DNA of 64,000 bases from an uncultured Solirubrobacterales bacterium. Its GTDB lineage: Bacteria > Actinomycetota > Thermoleophilia > Solirubrobacterales > JACPNS01. Shown here piece after piece: positions 46,255 through 55,384 of this stretch (its first letter is position 1; each line of letters opens with the position of its first letter). The stretch is from the NCBI GenBank assembly GCA_937128795.1, contig CAKZMQ010000022.1, positions 28,511 to 92,510 of the forward strand. The letters run 5' to 3'. The position numbers and the translations under genes are program-made. The notes beneath the pieces are model-generated. The model did no database searches, had not been told where the DNA came from, and saw only the letters and a list, made by a program, of their open reading frames with translations.

Positions 46255-47643
46255 TCAGCGGATTTCTGAACTGAAATTCGGTCCAGCAAGCCTGTGCACG
46301 ATCCCGCTGTTGGCATCGCGCAGTGCGATATCTGTGAAGCCGTCGTCGTTGAAGTCACCGGTGAACGGCTGGAAGTGCGCCCCGAACACCCAGGTCAAGT
46401 TGGTCTCGGTCGAAAAGGCAAAGGTCGGCCCGCGCCTAATGACGATTCCGCCAGTTGCAGGGTTGCGATTGCCGACGTCGTCGACCCCGTCGCCGTCAAA
46501 ATCACCGCTGAACGTCTGCAGCACCGCAGCGCGAACACAAGCCCCGGGGTCATCGGATCGTGCGGCACCGCACCAGACAGACCAGCTGGGCCTCGGGCTG
46601 CCGTCGTGTCGGATCAGCGCCGAATCCCAAGTGGACGTGTCGTCCCAAAGGTTGTAGAAGTAGGCTCGACTGACCCGCGGAGTGACCTTCAGATATTCGA
46701 CGAGCTTCCGAACTCGGCTCGTCTGAGTCGCCTCGTCTTTCGTCCCGGTAGCTGTGAAGTCTGGCTTGGCTCCGATCTCGGTGAACCAGACGTCGACCTC
46801 GGGCGGGACCGCGTCCAAGAAGTCTTCTATCGATGAGGTGTTCTCGGATCGGACAGCTCCGTACGGGTGGAAGGCGGCGTGCTGGCCCCATCCGCCACCC
46901 GCGTCTAGGTAGTGCTCGATGAAGTGGCTCACAGACGAGCGTGAGTCGCCGGCGTGCTGACCGTCTTTCGTCGGTGTGCCCTCGGCGTCGACACGGTCGT
47001 GAAATTCGGGTGAGACGAGCTCGTCGCCCTCTGGAACGGCCAGCCGTAGCTTGTTGAAGTACGCCGCCAGCAGTGCCGGCCCCTTCGTCGGGTGGTGGGC
47101 ATCGCCAAACCATCGCCAACCTGCGTTCGGTTCATTCGCCGGGCTCCAGGCATCCACCAGCGGGTCGAACTCCGCAATCACGCGTCGAATCTCGGCGTCG
47201 TATTCATCGGCGGTCGGAGTCTCTGCGATTGGAAACCGGTTGGCTGCCTGGTAGTCGGCGTATCCCATCGAAAAGGTCAGCAGCACATGCCGTACACCAT
47301 GCTGCCTGGCGCGCGCGATCTGAGCCTTGATGTCTGCGACTCGCCCCCGCGCGGTTGGATCGGTGCTGCTGATGATGTCGTAGGGAACCTGAACTCGGTA
47401 GATCTTTGGACTCATCTGCTTGAAATGAGTCTCGACGGCGGGGAGTCCGAAGTTCGGATGCACGTTGTCGGCAATGCCGAATCCCCAGCCGTTTTCGGCC
47501 GCCGCGTTTGAGTTTGACGGTGCAAACGCGAGGCAGAACGCGAGCGCGGCAAGCACGAACGGCACGCGAGCTGCTGCGCGCCGACGCTTGAATCGGGGAT
47601 CGGCAGAAATGAAACGACCGACGGTCTGGCGGGTATTACTCAT
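46255..47643 (-). CDS. secreted clan GH-A-like glycoside hydrolase with C-terminal FG-GAP/VCBS-type repeats
   Basis: Signal peptide (...AFAPSNSNAAA). There is an acid/base-like WSPANEPN and a nucleophile-like VWFTEIG. The C-terminal repeats are FSGDFDGDGVDDV and FTGDFNDDGFTDI. The start is set at the ATG at 47643. Confidence 0.5.
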   Translation of the reverse strand: MSNTRQTVGRFISADPRFKRRRAAARVPFVLAALAFCLAFAPSNSNAAAENGWGFGIADNVHPNFGLPAVETHFKQMSPKIYRVQVPYDIISSTDPTARGRVADIKAQIARARQHGVRHVLLTFSMGYADYQAANRFPIAETPTADEYDAEIRRVIAEFDPLVDAWSPANEPNAGWRWFGDAHHPTKGPALLAAYFNKLRLAVPEGDELVSPEFHDRVDAEGTPTKDGQHAGDSRSSVSHFIEHYLDAGGGWGQHAAFHPYGAVRSENTSSIEDFLDAVPPEVDVWFTEIGAKPDFTATGTKDEATQTSRVRKLVEYLKVTPRVSRAYFYNLWDDTSTWDSALIRHDGSPRPSWSVWCGAARSDDPGACVRAAVLQTFSGDFDGDGVDDVGNRNPATGGIVIRRGPTFAFSTETNLTWVFGAHFQPFTGDFNDDGFTDIALRDANSGIVHRLAGPNFSSEIR

Positions 47644-47671
47644 CCCAAGATAATGTGGCAAGATCTCCCGC

Positions 47672-50053
47672 GTGAATAGCCGATCAGCCGCGACGCAGGG
47701 CACAAAGGACGCCGACAGCCACGATCTGATCCGCGTACAAGGCGCGCGCGTCAACAATCTCAAAGACATCAGCGTCGAGATCCCGAAGCGTCGACTGACG
47801 GCATTCACAGGCGTCTCGGGGTCGGGCAAGAGTTCGCTGGTCTTCAGCACGATTGCGGCCGAGTCGCAGCGGTTGATCAACGAAACCTACAGCTCATTCG
47901 TGCAGGGCTTCATGCCGTCAATGGCCCGTCCGGAAGTCGACGTTCTCGATGGCCTTACGACCGCGATCATCGTCGATCAAGAACGCATGGGCGGCGATGC
48001 GCGCTCGACCGTCGGCACCGCGACCGACGCCAACGCGATGCTGCGCATACTTTTCAGTCGGCTCGGCAAGCCGCAGATCGGTCCGCCGAACGCGTTTTCC
48101 TTCAATGTCCCTTCTGTCAGCGCCAGCGGCGGCATCACGGTCGAGCGCGGAAACAAGACGATCACCAAAGCGGCCACCTTCAACCGTCTCGGGGGGATGT
48201 GCCCAAACTGCGAAGGTCGCGGGTCGGTCAGCGACTTCGACCTGGCCGCCCTCTACGACGACGAGAAGACGCTCAACGAAGGTGCGATAACGATCCCCGG
48301 CTACAGCATGGAAGGCTGGTACGGGCGCATCTTTCGCGGCTGCGGCTACTTCGACCCCGACAAGCCGATCAAGAAATTCAACAAGCGCGAGCTCAACGAC
48401 CTGCTTTACCGGGAAGCGACCAAGATCAAGGTCGACGGGATCAATCTGACGTACGCCGGTTTGATCCCATCGATCGAGAAGTCGTTCCTCTCGAAGGACC
48501 TCGATGCGATGCAGCCGCACGTGCGCCGATTCGTCGAAAAGGCTGTTGTGTTTGCGACCTGTCCCGAGTGCGCAGGCACCAGGCTGGCCAAGGAGGCACG
48601 TTCATCGAAGATAAGGGGAATCAACATCGCCGACGCCTGCGCCATGCAGGTCACCGATCTCGCCGATTGGTTGGGCGGTGTGAAAAACAAATCCGTCGAA
48701 CCGCTCGTAGAGGCGCTGCGCCACACGCTCGATTCGTTCGTCGAGATCGGTCTCGGCTATCTCAGTCTCGACCGCCCTTCGGGAACGCTCTCCGGCGGCG
48801 AAGCCCAGCGAACGAAGATGATCCGTCAACTCGGCTCGTCGCTGACCGACGTTACATATGTATTTGACGAGCCAACGGTCGGCCTGCACCCACACGACAT
48901 CGAGCGGATGAACGAGCTGCTGCTGCGCCTGCGCGACAAGGGCAACACTGTGCTCGTCGTCGAGCACAAGCCAGAGGCGATCGTCAATGCAGACCACGTA
49001 ATCGACCTCGGACCGGGCGCCGGCAGCGCCGGTGGCGAGGTCGTTTTCGAGGGCACCGTCGCTGGACTGCGCAAGAGCAAGACGCTGACGGGCAAGCATC
49101 TCGATGACCGGGCGTCCTTGAAAGCGTCGGTGCGCGAACGCACCGGTGCCCTCGAAGTGCGTGGCGCCGACACCAACAACCTTCAAAACGTCGATGTAGA
49201 CATCCCGCTCGGAAATCTCGTGGTGATCACCGGCGTCGCCGGGTCGGGCAAGAGCTCGTTGATCGACGGCTCGGTGGCCGGGCATGACGGCGTGGTGTCG
49301 ATAGACCAAAGTGCGATTCGCGGCTCGCGTCGTAGCAATCCGGCGACGTACTCGGGATTGCTAGATCCAATCCGAAAAGCGTTCGCGAAAGCCAACGACG
49401 TGAAGCCCGGGTTGTTCAGCGCTAACTCCGACGGCGCCTGTCCGAACTGCAATGGCGCGGGCGTTATCTACACGGATCTCGGAATGATGGCGGGGGTGTC
49501 CTCGACGTGTGAGGTGTGCGATGGCAAGCGATTCGACGCGACAGTGTTGGAGTACAAATTCGGCGGACGCGACATCAGCGAGGTGCTGGCGATGTCGGTG
49601 GCCGAGGCCGAGAAGTTCTTCGGTGGCGGAAAGGCGGCGCTGCCCGCTGCGCACAAGATCCTCGAGCGACTCGACGACGTCGGACTCGGCTACCTAACGG
49701 TCGGCCAGCCGCTCACCACCCTCTCGGGCGGCGAGCGCCAGCGGTTGAAGCTGGCAACTCAGATGGCAGACAAGGGCGACGTCTTCGTGCTCGACGAGCC
49801 GACCACCGGGCTGCACCTGGCTGACGTCGAACAATTGCTGGGTCTGCTCGACCGGCTGGTCGATTCCGGTAAGTCCGTGCTCGTCATCGAGCATCACCAA
49901 GCAGTGATGGCGCACGCCGACTGGATCATCGATCTCGGTCCGGGCGCGGGGCACGACGGCGGCAAGGTCGCCTTCGAAGGCTCGCCCGCTGAACTGATTG
50001 CGACGAAGTCGACGCTCACCGGTAAGCACCTCGCCGATTACGTAGTCCGTTGA
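47672..50053 (+). CDS. UvrA paralog (short, class II/III-type, lacking the UvrB-binding region)
   Basis: Two ABC modules (GVSGSGKSS / LSGGEAQR and GVAGSGKSS / LSGGERQR) and zinc fingers CPNCEGRG, CPECAGTR, CPNCNGAG and CEVCDGKR. It is 793 aa, against ~940-1000 aa for canonical UvrA. Confidence 0.8.
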   Translation: MNSRSAATQGTKDADSHDLIRVQGARVNNLKDISVEIPKRRLTAFTGVSGSGKSSLVFSTIAAESQRLINETYSSFVQGFMPSMARPEVDVLDGLTTAIIVDQERMGGDARSTVGTATDANAMLRILFSRLGKPQIGPPNAFSFNVPSVSASGGITVERGNKTITKAATFNRLGGMCPNCEGRGSVSDFDLAALYDDEKTLNEGAITIPGYSMEGWYGRIFRGCGYFDPDKPIKKFNKRELNDLLYREATKIKVDGINLTYAGLIPSIEKSFLSKDLDAMQPHVRRFVEKAVVFATCPECAGTRLAKEARSSKIRGINIADACAMQVTDLADWLGGVKNKSVEPLVEALRHTLDSFVEIGLGYLSLDRPSGTLSGGEAQRTKMIRQLGSSLTDVTYVFDEPTVGLHPHDIERMNELLLRLRDKGNTVLVVEHKPEAIVNADHVIDLGPGAGSAGGEVVFEGTVAGLRKSKTLTGKHLDDRASLKASVRERTGALEVRGADTNNLQNVDVDIPLGNLVVITGVAGSGKSSLIDGSVAGHDGVVSIDQSAIRGSRRSNPATYSGLLDPIRKAFAKANDVKPGLFSANSDGACPNCNGAGVIYTDLGMMAGVSSTCEVCDGKRFDATVLEYKFGGRDISEVLAMSVAEAEKFFGGGKAALPAAHKILERLDDVGLGYLTVGQPLTTLSGGERQRLKLATQMADKGDVFVLDEPTTGLHLADVEQLLGLLDRLVDSGKSVLVIEHHQAVMAHADWIIDLGPGAGHDGGKVAFEGSPAELIATKSTLTGKHLADYVVR

Positions 50054-50230
50054 AGCCTTTTCCAAAAAGCTCGATTTGGCGTACTGCTTTTTGACTCTCG
50101 GTTCGCGGACTTTCGTTGGAAGCCTCAAAATCGCGGTTTAGCGCTGCCGCTCGGATGACGATCCACTAGTTGCCGGTTGGGGTGCCGCGCGCTGCCGGAA
50201 TCTCAACATGGAAATCGGAATCACACCCAG

Positions 50231-52549
50231 ATGAACGACGGCGCATTGGTGCCTGGCGGCTACCTGCTTCATTCGCCCGACGCTCGGTCGCTCGCGGCGA
50301 GACTTGCGACAGCTCACACACTTGTGATCGGTGCCGTAATCGCGCTGGTCGCGATCGACACCAACCAGTGGGATTTGGTGACGACCGTCTACTTGGTCGG
50401 GTTGTGCCTTTGGGCACCGGTGATTCCGATGATTCCGTGGCGACGGTTCTCGCACAACTACATCGCGAAGCTGTACTTCCTCGGCGCCGGATCGTTCGTG
50501 TTCTTCGCGTTTCACTTCGACAATCCGTATCTCTTGCTCGGCATCTACCCCGAGATGTTCGCGTTCGCCGACATCTATTGGTACCGCCGATCGATGGCTG
50601 CGCTCCACATCGGCACGCTGCTCGTCGCCTTTCTCGCCGGAGTGCTGATTATCGGCGGGCCGGCAGCCGCCGCCCTGATTCTGGTGGCCGCACCGTTGAT
50701 GGCCGCCAGTGCGCTGCTCGTGGGCGCGATGAGTCATCGATTCATTCAGTCCGCACTCGAGCACTCGCAGTTCAAGTCGGCAGTGAGTTCCCTGCTCGAA
50801 GCGCTTCAAGCACGTGACGGATACACCGGTGAGCACTCCAAGGAAACCCTTGCGATGGCTACGGCCGTCGCCCATGAGCTCGGCCTGGACGGGGCGGCAC
50901 GCAAAGAACTCGCGGACGTCGCGTTGTTGCACGACATCGGCAAGATCGGAATCCCGAATTCAATCCTGCAAAAGCCGGGCGCATTGACAGCCGAGGAGTG
51001 GGAGATCATGCGCCAGCACCCGGTGATCGGCGAACAAATTCTTGTTGGCGTACCGGGATTCGAGGCCGTTGCAAAAGCAGTGCGTCACGAACACGAGCGC
51101 TGGGACGGCGGCGGCTATCCCGACGGAATTTCCGGACAGGAAATCCCTCTCAGCAGTCGCATCGTCTTCACGTGCGACGCATTCCACGCGATGACCAGTG
51201 ACCGCCCATACCGGGACGCAATGCCGATCGCTGACGCCCGAGCCGAACTCAACAAGCATTCCGCGAGCCAGTTCGATCCCGACGTGGTCGCGGCGTTCGA
51301 TCGAATCATCGAGAACGGTGCCCTCGACCACGCTCTCGAATCAGTCGAACAGCGTGCGCTGGAGCCGATCCCCGTTGCCGAGATCCGCGAAGTCCCTGCC
51401 CTGACGAGCTTGCCGAGCGAGATACCGAGCTCCGTCATCGAGCCGGCCTCCGAGTCCTTCTCGATCGACGATCCGCGGGCGATGATCGCGATCTCCTATG
51501 GCAATGCCGCGCTCGTTGCTGCAGTGATGGCGACATATTTGGCAGTGGAGCGATCGTTCGATTTGCTTGGCACCGCGTTTGTCGTTTCGGCGATAGCCGT
51601 CGCAGCCATCGGCTTCTTACTTCGCAAGCGGACGCCGAGATCGTGGTGCCTCTACACATCGCTGGCACCGTATGTCGTGGTGCCAATCGTCGCGCTGCAT
51701 TACGAACAGCCCGCAATGCTGACGATGATGCTCGGCAGCGCCGTCCTCCTCTCCGCGTTCTATTGGGACCGCAGCGTGCTGAAAGCGGCACACGCTTTGC
51801 TCCTGATCTTCGTGTTCGTTGCGCTGCCGGTGATTCTCTTCGGCGGCATGGCGTTCGCTTTCGCTGCGGTCAGCGCCCGCGCCTTCCCGGGGGCGCTACT
51901 GATCGTTGGCTATTTCTCGACACGATTGACGGAGATGCGCTTCGTACGTGACCGCTTCACCGGAACCATGAATTCCTTGCTGCGCGCGTTGCAGGCTCGC
52001 GATGGCTACACGGCTGACCACTCGCGCGAAACGGTGTCGATGGCGCTCCTTGTTGCCGAGGAGCTCGAGCTCGAGGAGATCGCACGTGCGGAGCTGAAGG
52101 ACGTAGCCCTGCTTCACGACATCGGCAAACTCGGGGTACCCGATGAAATTCTCAACAAACCGGGTGACCTCGATCACGGTGAGTGGGAAATCATGCGACA
52201 GCATCCGGTCTTTGGTCAGCAGATCGTCTCCCGCGTGCCTGGATTCGAATCCGTCGCCACCGCGATTCGCCACGAGCACGAGCGCTGGGACGGTGGTGGT
52301 TATCCCGACGGTCTGCGCGGCGAAGCCATCCCGCTCTCCAGTCGAATCGTCTTCGCCTGCGATGCCTTTCACGCGATGACCAGCGACCGGCCCTATCGCA
52401 AGTCACTCGGGGAGGCAGCTGCTCGCGAAGAGATCGTCAAGCACGCTGGATCGCAGTTCGACCCTGCCGTCGTGATCGCGCTGCTGCACGTTTTGGATCG
52501 CCGTTGCGAAATAGCGAGCGCACCTGAAGAAGCGCAGCTCGCTGCATGA
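50231..52549 (+). CDS. membrane protein with two tandem [multi-TM + HD-GYP] modules (c-di-GMP phosphodiesterase-like)
   Basis: Two copies of ...ALQARDGYT..HS.ET...LLHDIGK.G.P..IL.KPG.L...EWEIMRQHPV.G.QI...VPGFE.VA.A.RHEHERWDGGGYPDG...IPLSSRIVF.CDAFHAMTSDRPYR. Each follows ~170-190 aa of TM helices. The start is set at the ATG at 50231. Confidence 0.8.
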   Translation: MNDGALVPGGYLLHSPDARSLAARLATAHTLVIGAVIALVAIDTNQWDLVTTVYLVGLCLWAPVIPMIPWRRFSHNYIAKLYFLGAGSFVFFAFHFDNPYLLLGIYPEMFAFADIYWYRRSMAALHIGTLLVAFLAGVLIIGGPAAAALILVAAPLMAASALLVGAMSHRFIQSALEHSQFKSAVSSLLEALQARDGYTGEHSKETLAMATAVAHELGLDGAARKELADVALLHDIGKIGIPNSILQKPGALTAEEWEIMRQHPVIGEQILVGVPGFEAVAKAVRHEHERWDGGGYPDGISGQEIPLSSRIVFTCDAFHAMTSDRPYRDAMPIADARAELNKHSASQFDPDVVAAFDRIIENGALDHALESVEQRALEPIPVAEIREVPALTSLPSEIPSSVIEPASESFSIDDPRAMIAISYGNAALVAAVMATYLAVERSFDLLGTAFVVSAIAVAAIGFLLRKRTPRSWCLYTSLAPYVVVPIVALHYEQPAMLTMMLGSAVLLSAFYWDRSVLKAAHALLLIFVFVALPVILFGGMAFAFAAVSARAFPGALLIVGYFSTRLTEMRFVRDRFTGTMNSLLRALQARDGYTADHSRETVSMALLVAEELELEEIARAELKDVALLHDIGKLGVPDEILNKPGDLDHGEWEIMRQHPVFGQQIVSRVPGFESVATAIRHEHERWDGGGYPDGLRGEAIPLSSRIVFACDAFHAMTSDRPYRKSLGEAAAREEIVKHAGSQFDPAVVIALLHVLDRRCEIASAPEEAQLAA

Positions 52550-54114
52550 GTGGTCGATCGATGAACACACATGCGCACGATGTCGCGGCGCCCGAGCTCC
52601 TGGACGTGAATCCCATGGACCGCCGACGGTCGCACGCTGAACTGCGACTCGCGGCGGGTTCGTCCGGCAATCAACTGCCTTCATCGGCTCGCGATCGATT
52701 ACTCAAATATGCAGTGTTCGCATCCGCCGCCCTGCTGCTCGCATTTGCTTGTCAACTGATGCTCAATCCCTTTGGCGGCGCACTCGACAGCCTCTTCGAC
52801 GAGGTGGTCGCAACTGTCGTCATCGCAATTGCGTCGTTCGCGACCGCTATTCGAGCCGTCACCTCGACGAGCCACCGAGTGGCGTGGTGGACGGTGACCG
52901 CCGCGCTCGCAAGCTGGGCCATTGCGGACCTCTACTGGAACTCTTACATCGCGCAGATGGACAGTCCGCCCTACCCGTCGGTCGCCGACTACCTGTACCT
53001 GGTCTTCTATCCGCTGATGTTCGTCGGCCTGGCGATGCTTGCTCGCGCCTCGATCCCCAAGCCGCGGGCAAGCGTCTGGTTGCATGGTTTGATCGCGGTA
53101 CTGGCCGCCGCAGCGATCGACGCAGCACTCGTATTCGACACGATTCAACCGACTGCGACCGGTTCTCCCGCTGAGATCGCCACAAACCTCGCATATCCGA
53201 TCGGCGACTTGTTGCTGTTGGGCTTCGTTCTCGGTGTTTGGGCACTCTCCGGTTGGCGACCGACGGCAATGTGGCGTTGGATCGGCGTGGGACTGCTGTT
53301 GATCACCCTGGGCGACTCGGTGTTTCTTTACGAGTCGGCGACCAGCGGTTTTGAGGTCGGTACCTGGGTCGACTTGACTTGGCCGGCCAGCGCGTTGTGT
53401 CTGACGGTTGCCGCATGGCGCAGTTCGGATCGTTCTGTCGATTTCAAGCGATCCGGCGATCATTGGCTTTTCGTACCGACCGCCGTGTTCTCACTGATCG
53501 CGATCGGAATTCTTCTGTGGGACCATTTTTATCCAGTCGGCATCTTGGCGTTGGCGCTGGCAACTGCTGCGGCAGTTGCCACGATTATTCAGATGGCATT
53601 GGCGTTCGCCGAAAACTCTCGATTGCTTGAACAGAGCAATCGTCAGGCGCTGACCGACCAAGTGACCGGCATTCCCAACCGCAGACGCTTGATGGTCGAC
53701 TTGAAAGCAGCCTGCGACGACGTGTCGGTGAGGCAACCTGCGGTGCTGTTGATGTTCGACCTCGACGGCTTCAAGAGTGTGAACGACCGACTAGGTCACG
53801 TCGAAGGTGATCATATTCTGCGCCACTTCGCGCAACGACTGACCGAGCTCGCAAATCCGCATGGGATGGCGTACCGACTTGGTGGCGACGAGTTCTGCAT
53901 CCTGCTTCGCGCCCACCCTGACGACGTGACCGAACTGTCGCACATTGCCAGCGAGTCGCTCGAGGTGCAAGGCGACGGATACTCGGTGACGAGCTCGTTC
54001 GGAGCGGTCGCGATGCCGCAAGACACATCTGAACCCGAACAAGCGCTGCGCATCGTCGATCGGCGCATGTACGAAAACAAGGCCGGTGGCCGCGCGCAAC
54101 GCAATTCGGTTTAG
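52546..54114 (+). CDS. membrane-bound diguanylate cyclase (multi-TM sensor + GGDEF)
   Basis: About 9 TM segments, then ALTDQVTGIPNRR...FDLDGFKSVNDRLGHVEGD...YRLGGDEFCILL. The ATGA overlap with the upstream HD-GYP gene indicates an operon. Confidence 0.85.
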   Translation: MSGRSMNTHAHDVAAPELLDVNPMDRRRSHAELRLAAGSSGNQLPSSARDRLLKYAVFASAALLLAFACQLMLNPFGGALDSLFDEVVATVVIAIASFATAIRAVTSTSHRVAWWTVTAALASWAIADLYWNSYIAQMDSPPYPSVADYLYLVFYPLMFVGLAMLARASIPKPRASVWLHGLIAVLAAAAIDAALVFDTIQPTATGSPAEIATNLAYPIGDLLLLGFVLGVWALSGWRPTAMWRWIGVGLLLITLGDSVFLYESATSGFEVGTWVDLTWPASALCLTVAAWRSSDRSVDFKRSGDHWLFVPTAVFSLIAIGILLWDHFYPVGILALALATAAAVATIIQMALAFAENSRLLEQSNRQALTDQVTGIPNRRRLMVDLKAACDDVSVRQPAVLLMFDLDGFKSVNDRLGHVEGDHILRHFAQRLTELANPHGMAYRLGGDEFCILLRAHPDDVTELSHIASESLEVQGDGYSVTSSFGAVAMPQDTSEPEQALRIVDRRMYENKAGGRAQRNSV

Positions 54115-54131
54115 TCCGACGAACTCGTTGT

Positions 54132-55280
54132 TCAGGGCCGCAGCGTCGTCAGCACTCCCGCGTGGTCGGAGGGCCAAAGGCCTCCGCTCGTTCGATTGAA
54201 TGGGTTCAAACCGATCGTTCGCGAACGCTTCGTGGCGACGGCGCCACGAGTGAGTACGTGGTCGATGCGTTGGTCGAAGACCCCAGCGGCTGACGGGTCG
54301 TCGAGCAACTCGCCGAAACAACAGGTGTAGCCGGGGTCGCCCGGGTTGACACCTGTCCAAGTGTCGCTGAATCCCGCGCCGAGCAGAACCGCGAAGGCGG
54401 CGTTACCGGGCGGTGCCTCGAACGGATCGGAGTTGATGTCGCCGACCAGTACGACCTTGCCGGGGGCCGATCCGGCCGGACCGCCCGGGGCTACGAGCTC
54501 GCCAGCCTGCGCCGCCCGCACGAGTGGATGGAATGATTCGAGATGTGTATTGATGAAGCGGAACTTGCTCTTCTTGGTCTTGACGTCCACTGACGTCCAG
54601 CCCCGCTTCACCTCGATCGTCTCACCGGTAACCGTCGGGATCGGCAGGAAGGTTGCGAAGTTGGCGCCGGCGGCATTGGAGAGCTTCAACTTGTGCTTGC
54701 TGTGTTTACGCACCAGAATCACATCGCGGTCAACCAGCCGGAAGTCGCGAAAGTGGGGCGCGCCAGCCGGAGCCTCAATCGAGATCTGCTCCTGCGACTT
54801 GACGACTTCATACGGCGAGCCGTATGCCGCGAGCCAGAACAGCAGCGAGTTGAGCTGGTCATATTCGACGGTCGTCGCCGGCGCCGGGTCTGCGAATGGA
54901 CCGCTGAGCCACTGCGCCGCCTCTTGAAGGCCTACGAGGTCCGGCCGACTGATCGCGATCTCACGAGCAACCGCTCGCTCTCGCCCCGGGATGTCGGACG
55001 CGACAACGTTGGTCCAAATCTGCGCGTTGGCGGCGATGAAATCGGGAACAGTCGTCGCGGTGATGGCACGCGTCAGATCCGCACCGAAGTAGAGATTGCG
55101 GCTCAGCACCTTGACCTTTGGCGCATTGGCGATCGGATGGTGGCCTTTCTTGCCGAAAGCGTTGGCGGCAGGGACCAGTAGAAGCGCCATAGCCGCGACC
55201 ATGGCCAGAACGATCATTTTGCGCGCCGAGCGCGCAGCGATTGCCGAGTGCATCTTTGAACTCCCCAGTATTTGATTCAT
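54132..55280 (-). CDS. secreted endonuclease/exonuclease/phosphatase (EEP) family protein
   Basis: Signal peptide (...LLLVPAANAFG). EEP blocks VLSRNLYFG, GLQEA, NTHLES, GDINSD and a C-terminal PSDHAGV. Confidence 0.7.
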   Translation of the reverse strand: MNQILGSSKMHSAIAARSARKMIVLAMVAAMALLLVPAANAFGKKGHHPIANAPKVKVLSRNLYFGADLTRAITATTVPDFIAANAQIWTNVVASDIPGRERAVAREIAISRPDLVGLQEAAQWLSGPFADPAPATTVEYDQLNSLLFWLAAYGSPYEVVKSQEQISIEAPAGAPHFRDFRLVDRDVILVRKHSKHKLKLSNAAGANFATFLPIPTVTGETIEVKRGWTSVDVKTKKSKFRFINTHLESFHPLVRAAQAGELVAPGGPAGSAPGKVVLVGDINSDPFEAPPGNAAFAVLLGAGFSDTWTGVNPGDPGYTCCFGELLDDPSAAGVFDQRIDHVLTRGAVATKRSRTIGLNPFNRTSGGLWPSDHAGVLTTLRP

Positions 55281-55384
55281 CGATCAAGACGCGGCCGCGC
55301 CATGGCGCGCAGACGGACATCCAGCGGCCTTCCCGAGACCTTTGGCCCATCGTATTGATTTCGTGGTGTCGAAGCCGGGCGCTA

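Noticed and set aside
47644-47880. Upstream extension of the hydrolase ORF (46255-47880)
   Set aside because: It overlaps the start of the divergent UvrA-paralog gene. The signal peptide follows the ATG at 47643.
50138-50932. 264-aa - strand ORF opposite the start of the HD-GYP gene
   Set aside because: It is an antisense artefact. The + strand encodes clear TM helices and an HD-GYP domain.
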